DNA of 64,000 bases from Macrostomum lignano (GCA_002269645.1 NIVC01003177.1:1-64000), one strand, 5' to 3'; positions 38,652 through 50,473 are shown, counted from the stretch's first letter. The notes: generated by a model not told the origin, from the sequence alone. Numbers and translations are program-made.

Positions 38652-38927
38652 ATGAAGACTCTAGATCAGCCGATGCCTCGGGTATTTGCTAGCCAGATTG
38701 AAGCGTGCGCTTGGCTGTCCGATCAACTGCCAGCTGATTGCCAATCCGCTTCCCTGTTAGATCTTGCTGCCCTGTGGCGGGCTAGAGCCAGTCTGTTAGC
38801 TAGCTATGGCGATATTGTTGCCACTAAGCTGACAACTAGGATTGATGCTCACGCTGCCTCGGGACTGACTGGGGCACTGGCTCAGCTAGGCTGCGGTGGT
38901 AGAGTGCGAGCTAGGAATGATCTGACG
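38652..38927 (+). CDS. ODC-fold pseudoenzyme (antizyme-inhibitor-like), coding exon 1 (92 codons)
   Basis: First AUG of the predicted mRNA (aacaATGa). SASLLDLAAL ~ AFYVADLGDI; LAQLGCGGRVRARNDL ~ LAATGTGFDCASKTEI. Phase-0 donor ACG|gtgagg. Confidence 0.8.
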
Positions 38928-39039
38928 GTGAGGCTGCTACACATAGTAGCTTTTGATTGTAGGTATTTTGTTATTTAAATTACATATTTCAGCTTGGCTT
39001 CTGTTATTGTAGATTAACAGTAAGAATATGGAAAAGAGG

Positions 39040-39475
39040 AAAGAATGTAGGGGATAGTGGGTAAAGGGAGATAAGAGGGGGAGTATGTAAGATAAAATGG
39101 GGAGAAGGGAGATAAGAAGGGGAAGGTAGATAAGAAGAGATAAGAAGGGGAAGGTAGATAAGAGATGGAGAAGAGAGATAAGAGGAGAAAAGGTAGATAA
39201 GAGAGGAAGAAGGGAGATAAGAGAGGAAGAAGGGAGATAAGAGAGGAAGAAGGGAGATAAGAGAGGGAGAAGGGAAATAAGAGGAGAAAAGGTAGATAAG
39301 AGAGGAAGAAGGAAGATAAGGAGGCGTAAAGGGAGATAAGGGCGTAAAGGGAGATAAGAGGGGGAAGGTAGATAAGAGATGGAGAAGAGAGATAAGAGGA
39401 GAAAAGGTACATAAGAGAGGAAGAAGGGAGATAAGAGAGGAAGAAGGGAGATAAGGAGGCGAGAAGGGAGACAGA
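39040..39475. repeat. GA-rich degenerate minisatellite in the ODC-like intron
   Basis: Recurring gagataagagaggaagaagg units. Confidence 0.9.
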
Positions 39476-39588
39476 GTGGACGATGAATACAATCCAGTAT
39501 ATGAATTAAATGGCTAAAGGGAGGAGAAGGCAACAGCTATTAGCCTCTGCAATGTACAATTTACTCACGCTAATGCCTGATCCCACAG

Positions 39589-40520
39589 AGCGCCATCTCA
39601 TCGGGTCTAACTGGCCCCAATCTACTATTGGACAATCCGTGCAAAACTCGTTCGTTAATTAATCTAGCTAAGCGTCACAGCGTTGCTATGACAACATTTG
39701 ACAACGAAACGGAAGCTGCCCGACTAGCGGAGCAATGGCCCGGCGTGTCGGCCCTGCTGCTGGTCAGGCCGGAAGGCGCCGACTCGCTGGGAGATGCCAC
39801 CCTTGGCGCCGAGCCAGGCACAGTTGCTAGCGTACTGGCCGCAGCTAAGAGTTTCGGTCTAAACGTTGTCGGCGTGTCTGTAGTTGACTGTGCCGTTGGT
39901 GCCGCAGGTGTGCTCGAGTCTGCTCGAGTCGCTATCAGTGCTGGCCGCCTGCTTGGTCATCGGATGTCGCTGCTAGATATCGGCACTAATAGTTTTCTAA
40001 CCGCCGAGTTGAACTATCAGCTGTTTGAGTTTATTGTCGATAATAAGATTGACGCATTGATGACTGATTCGACTGACGCTCTGCTAAGCCGATCGATTGT
40101 TTTAGCTACCCGACTGGTTGCTAAGCAACGGATTGAGGACGATGCTGAAAACGGCAACAGCAACAAAGGAGACTGGCGTTGCACAGTCGGCGATTCAGCC
40201 TTTGGCGGTTTTTCCGGTTGGCGACTTCAAGTTGGCATCGACAATGTGTCGATGTCGGTAGCCGCTCCGGAGCTGCTTGGAGTTGTTCGTTCGGCTAGCG
40301 ACTTTTGCGACGCAGCGGCATCCGTTGAGAGCGATGGCGGTGGCAACGTCTGGATGTACGGCGTTACAGATTCGACTGAGGATCGGCTTGGCTGTCTGCG
40401 ACAGTTCGGCTTGGACTGCGACATTGGCGACTGGCTGCTCTGGTCCGGTCTGGGAGCCCAGGATAGCCGGGCTGCTAGAAAGGCTAACGGTCTGGCTGAG
40501 CCTGAGTTCCGGTGCTTCCT
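39589..40520 (+). CDS. ODC-fold pseudoenzyme, coding exon 2
   Basis: Acceptor ccacag|AGC, in frame with the 39628-40524 ORF. ODC motifs NPCK, MTTFDNE, LNVVGVS, LLDIG and GDWLL..LGA are present. Donor CT|gtgagt at 40520, or read-through stop TGA at 40522-40524. Confidence 0.88.
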
Positions 40521-40599
40521 GTGAGTATTTTTGATTTTTTTGTTGTTTTTTATTATGTCTTTCCATTCCAGCTACTTCATTATCCACTTTTTGGATAAC

Positions 40600-40830
40600 A
40601 CTTTTTGAGTTTGAGTACACTATTTCTGTTTAGTTTGCGTACACCAATTCTGAGTTTGAGTACACCATTTTTGAGTTTGAGTACACCATTTCTGAGTTTG
40701 AGTACACCATTTTTGGGTTCGAGTACACCACTTCTGAGTTTGAGTACACCATTTCTGTTTCGTTTGAGTATACTATTTCTGGGTTAAAGTACACCATTTC
40801 TGAGTTTGAGTACTCCAGTACACCATTTCT
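40600..40830. repeat. About 21-bp tandem repeat (TTTGAGTACACCATTTCTGAG)
   Basis: About 10 degenerate copies. Confidence 0.85.
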
Positions 40831-42179
40831 TGAGTTAAAACATTGCTCAGCTTATGTACACCGTACATCTCTATTACATTAAATAAGCCTATCGAGACTC
40901 AGGTACTCATTTTAAGAACTTCAGTTGGCTTCAGATATCCGTCAGAACCTAACTTGCCTAAGCTCACTTCTTTCGACATTCTGCCATAGAATACCCATTT
41001 GAAGGTTTACAGGTATTTTTCAACCTTTCTGCACACGGGGCATGTAATACAAGCTACTACAATTGTAAGGATTTAGTTAATGTTACAAAGATAGAAGTTT
41101 TTATCTTGTAGCGAACATTTGGCTTGTCGTAATAAATTATTATTACAGATAAATCTGCCCTGGGGCCTAGGGCTAAAAGTGTTTTTGTAATTTTCTCAGT
41201 ACTGGCCAACAAAGTCACCAGTTTACCGCGTGCAACCCTCTCGCGTTGCAGTTTTAGCAGTGCTGCTAAATACAAATGTGCCAACCCAACAGTTGAAAGC
41301 TTACTGGGGTGGAATTTTCTATTACATTAATTTATGCAACAGCTTGTTTCAGCCTTTAACCTGTGGAACCTGGAGCTGTATAGGCAGATAAGAACTTATA
41401 GAGGTTAGCGGGTTTCTCTATTAGCACAAGAGGTCTATTAAATTGCTTAATATCAAACCGACAACTGGTGGATTAACCATTCAGGTTTCTTGGAAATGAA
41501 TTTATTGATAATATTACATTAAGCTTTGGAACTTTCTAAAAAATCTTCAGAAGAATTTAAAGAATCACTTAGAAAACTTAAGGAAAGGTCTAAGAAGGTC
41601 TAAGGTCTAAGAAAGCTTTGTTAAAATTTCGAAACTTTCTAAGACAGCTTCGCAGGAGTTTAGAAACTTTCTAAGAAGGCTTCGTGGTAGTTAAGGAACT
41701 TTCTAAGAAAGCTTTAGGGAAGGTTCGGAACTTTCTAAGAAAGCTTCGTGGAAGTTTAGCAACTTTACTGTTCCTTGAGAAGTGAATCAGCCACTTCTCA
41801 AACTAAATTTAAAAAATCAGGATTTTTTTTCTTATCTAAACTAGTTCGGAATGAATATTTCTTAGCCATTTAATATATTAAGCTTAACTAGAAAAATCCT
41901 GTTTTAGCTGAGTGTATTCTATTACTCGGACTATAATCAGCTGACTACAAACCGGTGCAAAGGCTTGCACATTTCAAGGCTAGACTGTGTCCACGGAGTA
42001 GACAAATATGAGACAAATAATACGCGACCAGTTTAAAGTGGAAACAGCAGAAAGCTGCTGAATACACAGTACCCCCAGCTCTCAGTGTGTGCTGGGATAG
42101 AGTCTACTGTTGTAGTATATTAAAGTACATTTTAGCCCCGTTTATCATATTTCCAGTTTCTCTTTGCTTGCGCTCGTGG

Positions 42180-43130
42180 CTTCCGCTCCCTCCATCTGCT
42201 TCCTCTCCCTACATCTGCTTCCTCTCCCTCCATCTGCTTCCTCTCCCTCCATCTGCTTCCTCTCCCTCCATCTGCTTCCACTCCCTCCATCTGCTTCCTC
42301 TCCCTCCATCTGCTTCCACTCCCTCCATCTGCTTCCTCTCCCTCCATCTGCTTCCACTCCCTCTATCTGCTTCCTCTCCCTACATCTGCTTCCACTCCCT
42401 CCATCTGTTTCCACTCCCTCCATCTGTTTCCACTCCCTCCATCTGCTTCCTCTCCCTCCATCTGCTTCCTCTCCCTACATCTGCTTCCACTTCCTCCATC
42501 TGCTTCCCCTCCCTCCATCTGCTTCCTCTCCCTACATCTGCTTCCACTTCCTCCATCTGCTTCCCCTCCCTCCATCTGCTTCCTCTCCCTCCATCTGCTT
42601 CCTCTCCCTCCATCTGCTTCCACTCCCTCCATCTGCTTCCACTCCCTCCATCTGCTTCCTCTCCCTCCATCTGCTTCCACTCCCTCCATCTGCTTCCTCT
42701 CCCTCCATCTGCTTCCACTCCCTCCATCTGCTTCCTCTCCCTACATCTGCTTCCTCTCCCTCCATCTGCTTCCCCTCCCTCCATCTGCTTCCTCTCCCTA
42801 CATCTGCTTCCACTTCCTCCATCTGCTTCCCCTCCCTCCATCTGCTTCCTCTCCCTCCATCTGCTTCCTCTCCCTACATCTGCTTCCACTTCCTCCATCT
42901 GCTTCCGCTCCCTCCCTCTGCTTCCTCTCCCTCCATCTGCTTCCTCTCCCTCTCTTCTTCCTCTTCCTCTCTCTGCTTCCTCTCCCTCCATCTGCTTCCT
43001 CTCCCTCCCTTCTTCCTCTTCCTCTCTCTGCTTCCTCTCCCTCTCTTCTTCCTCTTCCTCTCTCTGCTTCCTCTCCCTCCATCTGCTTCCTCTCCCTCCC
43101 TTCTTCCTCTTCCTCTCTCTGCTTCCTCTC
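42180..43130. repeat. Pyrimidine-rich 19-bp minisatellite (TCCCTCCATCTGCTTCCTC)
   Basis: Direct tandem units; source of the spurious long ORFs here. Confidence 0.95.
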
Positions 43131-43230
43131 CCTTTCAAATTCTTCAATCGAGTTGCAAAGCAGCTAATGCGATATTCTACTATAAGTAGCTCAAATAGAA
43201 TATCTAGTCGTTTTTTCTTTCATTTATCAG

Positions 43231-43441
43231 GCAATCGGGCCGCGAGCCAACGGCGCCCATCGGCAGCGGCGGAAGCGCCAAAGCTAGCAGCAGCGCCCCA
43301 GCCGTCCGCAGCCGATGCCGGACCCGCCACTCGTCGAGCTGCTGCTACAGCGAGACCGTGTCAATCAACGCTTCGTCTGTTGGCTCTGGCGAGCAGTCGT
43401 CTACTGCCGATCGAGAAATCTGCTCAGTGATGCTCTCCTAA
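43231..43441 (+). CDS. Probable terminal coding exon of the ODC-like gene (Ser-rich tail)
   Basis: Acceptor ttttttctttcatttatcag|. A phase-2 join gives L-QSGREPTAPIGSGG...SSTADREICSVMLS* (TAA 43439-43441). GC-rich island. Confidence 0.55.
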
Positions 43442-44364
43442 GTTCAAGTATTTTAAGTGGCATAGCTTTGATATCATAAAGGAAAACAAACTATTTTTGA
43501 AGAATAAAAGCAAAATTAGAATTTAAAATCCTTGCTATGCTACTTAAATGCAACGACGCGCTCAGCTCGAACGTAATTTTTTCTAATTAAATACAAAAAC
43601 GATTCTGTGTGGTTTTTATTTTTTCTCCAAGCTGGAAGATTTGAATTGGCGCGAAAAGTTTCGCTTTACCGTAGCCCACTTTATCTATATACATGTATAT
43701 ATTCATTTTTTGCTGGTCGCCGCCAGCCCACCCGCTCCCCCGATTGTTGGCGTTTGTTGAGGAACTCCAACTGCGGTCCCAGTGTTGTCTCAGTTTTAGC
43801 TAGAGCATATAAGCAGTACCCTGCTTTATATTTATTTATTTGTTTATTTATCACCTTTCACTATTCAAATGTTTGAATTTTTGCTCTATATTATATATTA
43901 GCAAACCCAACCAAATACTGATTAATCAATATTTATCCTTATTCAGTGCTTCTTCGATTTTTCAAAGATAAATCTTTAATGTTTTTTTAAGTTGCAAATC
44001 TAATTAATTCGATTGCTTGCCCCGTGTGGTCTCCCCGTTTTTGTTTTAATCTCCGCCGGGTTTTTTGTTTATTTGTCAAAAACTGATTGCGCAGTGCAGT
44101 ATAACAAAGAATAATAATTTCTGGCACCAAATTTGATTTTATTTATTACATCTACGCTTCTAAGCCTGCAGCTCTGTTTTGTTCGAGTTTTAAGAAAATT
44201 TTCACCTCTAAAAATGTGATCCGCCACGCAAAATTATATCCACCTGTTTTAAAAATATATATGTTACTGTGGTTATTAATTTCACGGCACTGCTTTGCCT
44301 CAATTAATTTTAACATCTAAGGAAAACGAATTTTTATGACGCATAAACTTTCTTATTTCTACTT

Positions 44365-45365
44365 TGAGCAGATTGGTGTAATTCTCTTGAGCAGATTGGT
44401 GTGATTCTCTTGAGCAGATTGGTGTGATTCTCTTGAGCAGATTGGTGTGATTCTCTAGAGCAGATTGGTGTGATTCTCTAGAGCAGATTGGTGTGATTCT
44501 CTACAGCAGATTGGTGTGATTCTCTTGAGCAGATTGGTGTGATTCTCTACAGCAGATTGGTGTGATTCTCTTGAGCAGATTGGTGTGATTCTCTACAGCA
44601 GATTGGTGTGATTCTCTTGAGCAGATTGGTGTGATTCTCTTGAGCAGATTGGTGTGATTCTCTTGAGCAGATTGGTTTGATTCTCTTGTGCAGATTAGTC
44701 TGATTCTTTTCAGCAGATTGGTGTGATTCTCTTGTGCAGATTAGTCTGATTCTCTTCAGCAGATTGGTCTGATTCTCTTGAGTAGATTGGTGTGATTCTC
44801 TTGAGCAGATTGGTGTGATTCTCTACAGCAGATTGGTGTGATTCTCTACAGCAGATTGGTGTGATTCTCTACAGCAGATTGGTGTGATTCTCTAGAGCAG
44901 ATTGGTGTGATTCTCTAGAGCAGATTGGTGTGGTTCTCTACAGCAGATTGGTGTGATTCTCTACAGCAGATTGGTGTGATTCTCTACAGCAGATTGGTGT
45001 GATTCTCTACAGCAGATTGGTGTGATTCTCTACAGCAGATTGGTGTGATTCTCTAGAGCAGATTGGTGTGATTCTCTACAGCTGATTGGTGTGATTCTCT
45101 AGAGCAGATTGGTGTGATTCTCTTGAGCGGATTAGTCTGATTCTCTGGGGCAGATTGGTGTGATTCTCTTGTGCAGATTAGTCTGATTCTCTTGAGCAGA
45201 TTGGTCTGATTCTCTTGAGCAGATTGGTCTGATTCTCTTGAGCAGATTGGTGTGATTCTCTTGAGTAGATTGGTGTGATTCTCTTGAGCAGATTGGTCTG
45301 ATTCTCTTGTGCAGATTAGTCTGATTCTCTTGTGCAGATTAGTCTGATTCTCTTCAGCAGATTAG
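44365..45365. repeat. 23-bp minisatellite (GAGCAGATTGGTGTGATTCTCTT), about 43 copies
   Basis: Period of 23 (44366, 44389 and onward). Lies between the convergent ODC-like and LTA4H 3' ends. Confidence 0.97.
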
Positions 45366-45757
45366 TGTGATTGCTGGAGCAAGTTGGTGCGAATAATGGT
45401 GCTGTTTGGTATGATTGTTGGGGCAGATTGGCGTGATTGTTGGAGCAAGTTGGTGCGATAATGGTGCTGTTTGGTGTGATTGTTGGGGCAGGGCAGGAAG
45501 TACGAGTAATATGTAAATCGGAATCGGAAAACACGACACAAACAAAATCTGAGTGATCCATGTTAATATGTCCTTGAAGAGCCACTAATCAGATTGGACA
45601 AATTGTAAATTTTTGTATTTCGTTGAGTACTACTCATTGGTCAAGTTTTAAGATTAGTAATTTCTAAATAAATTAATTGATAATGAAATGTTATTGAATT
45701 CAACACAAGCAATATGGAATCAAGTAGAATTGTCAACTCCACGCTTAGCCAATTGGT

Positions 45758-46128
45758 TCAAGCCTTAGCCAGGTCCCTGGCAACCATCTCGGCAGTGATT
45801 GGGTGCATGAACTGCCTCCTTGACTTGAAGTGCTCCTCAGCCTTGGCCTTGGCAGCCGGCCAACTGAACAGCTCCCTGTACAGCGGTCGGACAAACTTCA
45901 TTCGGCCAACTGTGGCCAGAAATTTCAGACCCTCGTCCACAGCGTCCGGATAGCGGTGCTTAGCGGCCAGTCTCAGCCAGCGGAATTTCACTTCGCTGCA
46001 CTTGACCGCCTGCAGACTGTAGATCTGCGCCATTCTGGCCAGCTTAGCGTGCGGCAGAGGCTGCTCACAGTGCAGCAGCTCGTCTAGCATTAGAATCTTC
46101 TGCTTTGTGCTCAGCTGGGCGAATGCGT
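45758..46128 (-). CDS. LTA4H: Leukotriene A4 hydrolase / M1 aminopeptidase, exon 7 (last)
   Basis: Acceptor aaacag|AC. SEVKFRWLRL, GRMKFVRPLY and MHPITAEMVARDL match the LTA4H C-terminus. Confidence 0.93.
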
Positions 46129-46214
46129 CTGTTTTTATATAGGGAGGAAATTGTCTGGCAATATGCTTTGATACTACTGCTAGTAACTTAATGTCTACTA
46201 CTCAGGAATTCCCT

Positions 46215-46880
46215 TAAAAAGCACCTAACCTGGTACTACTCTGGAATCCCCGAAGAATCATACTACTCAGGAATCCCCCCCCCAAAACAGAATGAGACTA
46301 CTCAGGAATTCCCCCAATAAGAATCAGACTATTCAGGAATTCTCCCAAAAAGAGATTCAGACTATTCAGGAATTCTCCCAAAAAGAGATTCAGACTATTC
46401 AGGAATTCTCCCAAAAAGAGAATCAGACTACTCAGGAATTCCCCCAATAAGAATCAGACTATTCAGGAATTCTCCCAAAAAAATAATCAGACTATTCGGG
46501 AATTCTCCCAAAAAGAGATTTATACTACTCAGGAATTCCCCCCCAAGAGAATCATACTACTCAGGAATCCCCCCTAAAAAAGAGAATCACACTACTCAGT
46601 AAGTCCCTCCCAAAGGAGAATCATACTACTCGGGAATTCCCCTAAAAGAGAATCATACTACTCAGGAATTCCCCCAATAAGAATCAGACTACTCAGGAAT
46701 TCCCCCCCAAAGAGAATCATACTACTCAGGAATTCCCCCGAAAATAAAATCATACTACTCAGGAATTCCTCCAAAAAAGAGAATCATACTACTGAGGAAT
46801 TCCCCCCAAAGAGAACCATACTACTCAGGAATTCCTCCAAAAAAGAGAATCATACTACTCAGGAATCCCCCTAAAAATAG
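46215..46880. repeat. About 30-bp minisatellite (AGAATCATACTACTCAGGAATTCCCCC..) in LTA4H intron 6
   Basis: About 20 variable-length units. Confidence 0.9.
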
Positions 46881-46968
46881 AATGATAACACTTTAAGAAT
46901 TCGCCCACAACTAGACTAGTCAAGAAAAGGAATACCCCAAAGAGTAATTCGGGGAATTCCTTCCTCAC

Positions 46969-47384
46969 CAGCAGTGAAGCCGCTCAGATCCTGCCTGGCA
47001 TCATCAAGCCAATCCTTCGCCAACTGAGTACAAGCGTCAGCCAGACTGCGGTCCAAACCATCGGGAATTGACACGGGCGGCAACCCGGGCTTGTTAAACC
47101 AAGCCCCCCAATCTACATTGGCTTGAATTTTAGCCAGACCCTCTGGCGATTTCTTGGCCATAAAATCCAATAGAAAGCTGCGCCATTGTTCGGTGTTCAG
47201 CGCTTGACCAGCGAATTCATCTACGTAGGCTCTTAGCCAGCCTAGCATAGCGTCCTTGCCAACCAGGGTTTCTATGTAGTATAGCAAGCTGGAGCCTTTC
47301 TCGTAGGGCACGGAGCTGAAGGCATCGTCTGGGTCCACGCCGTCTAGTTTGGGCACCAGGCAGGTCAGAGGATCGTCCGGCTTC
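46969..47384 (-). CDS. LTA4H: LTA4H exon 6
   Basis: Acceptor gtgtag|G and donor G|gtgagg. DPDDAFSSVPYEKG (catalytic Tyr), VDWGAWFNKPGLPP. Confidence 0.93.
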
Positions 47385-47479
47385 CTACACAGAAACGAAT
47401 TTTTCTAAGAAATTTAATGACAACGTTTTCATGTTTAAAATTGTAGAAAAATCTGGCAAAATTCCCGGAATTCGATATT

Positions 47480-48480
47480 TATCTATGATTCCAGAATCCC
47501 CTATTCACCTATGATTCCAGAATCCAGATCCCAGAATCCCTAATTTATGATCCTAGAATTCCCAATTAATGATCCCAGAATCTTTTATTTATCTATGATC
47601 CCCGAATCCCTAATTTATGATCTTAGAATTCCCAATTAATCATCCCCGAATCCCCAATTAATGATCCACGAATCCCCCATTTTTGATCTTCGAATCCCCA
47701 ATTAATGACCCCCGAATCCCCCATTTTTGATCTTAGAATCCCCAATTAATGATCCCCGAATCCCCCATTTTTGATCTTAGAATCCCCAATTAATGATCCC
47801 CGAATCCCCAATTTATGATCCAGAATTCCCAATTAATGATCCCAGAATCCCCCATTAATGATCCTAGAATCCCCAATTAATGGTCCTAGAATCCTAAATT
47901 AATGATCCTAGAATCCCCAATTAATGATCCTAGAATCCCCAATTAATGATCCTAGAATCCCCAATTAATGGTCCTAGAATCCTAAATTAATGATCCTAGA
48001 ATCCCCAATTAATGATCCTAGAATCCCCAATTAATGATCCTAGAATCCCCAATTAATGATCCTAGAATACCCAATTAATGATCCTAGAATCCCCAATTAA
48101 TGATCCTAGAATACCCTATTTATGATCCCAAAATCCCCAATTTATGATTCTGGAATCCCCAATTAATTATCCCAAAATCCCCAATTTATGATCCCAAAAT
48201 CCCCAATTTATGATCCTTGAATTCCCTATTTATGATACTAGAATCACCTAATTTATAATACCATAATCCCCAATTTATGATTCTGGAATCCCCTATTTAT
48301 GATCCTAGAATCCCCAATTAATGATCCCCGAATCCCCAATTTATGATCCAGAATCCCTAATTTATGATCCCATAATCCTATATTCATGTTTGATACCTGA
48401 ATCTTTGACCCTAATTTATGATCTTAGACTCGTCAATTCATGACCCCAGAATCCCCAATTTATAATCCCAGAATCGTCAA
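47480..48480. repeat. 22-bp minisatellite (GATCCTAGAATCCCCAATTAAT) in LTA4H intron 5
   Basis: Tandem units, most homogeneous near 47850-48110. Confidence 0.92.
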
Positions 48481-48597
48481 TATGTGATGGTAGAATTCGG
48501 TAATTATAACCCAAAATTATTATGATAAAATTTCTCAATCTTATTTTCAATTGAGAAACTAATCAGGAATCTAGAAAGAGCCGAGCCCATCGCTTAC

Positions 48598-48941
48598 CTG
48601 GCCACAAGAACGGCATCCCTAAGCGCGTGCCAGCCCTCCAGCATAGCCAGATGCCTATCCGGGCTGCCATACAATTTCTCGCACACCAATCGTTCAACAT
48701 AGACCGTGTGACCTTCGTTTAGCCAGAAATCCTCCCAGGTAGCGTTGGTGACCAGATTTCCTGTCCAGCTGTGCGCGATCTCGTGAGCAACCACGCTAGC
48801 CAGTGACCGATCTCCAGCCAGCAGGGTGGGTGTGACAAAGGTCAGACAGGGGTTCTCCATGCCGCCGTAGGGAAATGATGGCGGCAGCACCAGCAGATCG
48901 TAGCGACCCCAACGGTAGGGACCGCATAGGGATTCGCCGGC
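48598..48941 (-). CDS. LTA4H: LTA4H exon 5 (GXMEN and HEXXH-18-E zinc motif)
   Basis: [22 protein letters not shown]...[31 protein letters not shown]. Acceptor accag|GCC and donor AG|gtaagc. Confidence 0.96.
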
Positions 48942-48984
48942 CTGGTACGAGGAGGTGGACTACTTTTAATACCAATCCTATAAA

Positions 48985-49310
48985 GGAAAATCCCAATCTC
49001 GATCCCAATAGGGAGAATCCAAATCCCAATAGGGGGGAATCCCAACCCCAATAGGGGGAATCCCAATCCCAATAGGTGGAATCCCAATGCCAAAAGGAAG
49101 AATCCCAATAGGGAGAATCCCAATAGAGAGAATCCCAATAGGAAGAATATCAATCCCGATCACAATAGGGAGAATCCCAATCCCAATCCCAATAGGGAGA
49201 ATCCCAATCCCAATAGGGAGAATCCCAATCCCAATAGGGAGAATCCCGATCCCAATAGGGAGAATCCCGATCCCAATAGGGAGAATCCCAATCCCAGTAG
49301 GGGAAAACCC
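48985..49310. repeat. 21-bp minisatellite (CCCAATAGGGAGAATCCCAAT) in LTA4H intron 4
   Basis: Tandem units; explains the GILPI/GRIPI pseudo-ORFs. Confidence 0.92.
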
Positions 49311-49410
49311 GAATCGAAACAGAAAGAACGCCAACTTAGATCCTAGCAGCCTCACCATTTCTGAATCTAAATCCCCTAATATAAGTACCCTAATGCAGCC
49401 GTAAGCAAAC

Positions 49411-49591
49411 CTGCAGCATATCCTCAGTCTCCTGAAACTCCCAGTGACTGTCGTCGATCATTTCCGGTTCGCTCCAGACCGCGCACCGGTCGCTAAGTGG
49501 CCGGCTAACCAGATGACCGGACACCAGCGCAATCAGGTAGCTGGGTATTGGCACAGACTGACGAAATCGGTGCAACCTGTAGGCTGACTCG
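49411..49591 (-). CDS. LTA4H: LTA4H exon 4
   Basis: FRQSVPIPSYLIALVSG..VWSEPE..EFQETEDML. Acceptor acacag|C and donor CAG|gtttgc. Confidence 0.93.
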
Positions 49592-49743
49592 CTGTGTTTT
49601 AGCAGCGAGTTGATTTGGTTGGCAATTTTTGTTAGAATTTACTGCGTACTTCCTAGAAAGTATTACTAATAAATAATTATTATTAATGGAGAGGGTGTAG
49701 CTACAGGAGGGGGAGAGGTGTGGAAGGAGAGAGGGAAGTGGAG

Positions 49744-49744
<1 letters not shown>

Positions 49745-49808
<64 letters not shown>
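49745..49808. repeat. (GA)n microsatellite in LTA4H intron 3
   Basis: Read directly from the sequence. Confidence 0.95.
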
Positions 49809-49813
<5 letters not shown>

Positions 49814-49949
49814 ACAGAGGTGGAGGCAGAGGAAGAGTTGGAGGGAGATATGACTAAGGGAGCCGAAGATGCAGAACAAAGCCACGTGAACAGAAAATCA
49901 ATGCATATCAGACAAAGAAGCCCTATAAAACAGGTCAGACAGGACTCAC

Positions 49950-50198
49950 TTGTCTGGCTCTGAACCCATTCTAGCCGCGCTCATGAGCACCTCTAGCCTA
50001 GAATCGGCCCTAACCACAGCCGAATAGGTGGCTTTCACGCCTGGCGAGTCATGGCACGGCAGCAGGCTTCGGGCGTGTATGGCCTGGCACTGGCTAAACA
50101 GATAGGGCAAATGCTTGCCGCTAGTCTGCTCAGGGGCCAGCCATTGCAGGGCGCTGCACTGGGGGCTTGTGCTGTAGTTCACTTGGACGCGAACGACG
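49950..50198 (-). CDS. LTA4H: LTA4H exon 3
   Basis: SALQWLAPEQTSGKHLPYLFSQCQAIHARSLLPCHDSP. Acceptor ttgcag|C and donor AA|gtgagt. Confidence 0.95.
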
Positions 50199-50234
50199 CT
50201 GCAATGGCATTGTTGATTTTTATTGTAAATTAAA

Positions 50235-50236
50235 GC

Positions 50237-50267
<31 letters not shown>

Positions 50268-50271
50268 GGTC

Positions 50272-50319
<48 letters not shown>

Positions 50320-50331
50320 GGTTAGTTGGTC

Positions 50332-50390
<59 letters not shown>

Positions 50391-50431
50391 CAGTTAGTTA
50401 GTTAGTCAGTCAGTCAGTCAGTCAGTCAGTC

Positions 50432-50473
<42 letters not shown>

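Noticed and set aside
42087-43430. 447-aa and overlapping ORFs
   Set aside because: Translations of the 19-bp CT-rich minisatellite; only the 43231-43441 part looks exonic.
48978-49404. GILPI/GRIPI repeat ORFs resembling a repetitive protein
   Set aside because: 21-bp minisatellite within an intron with valid splice sites on both sides.
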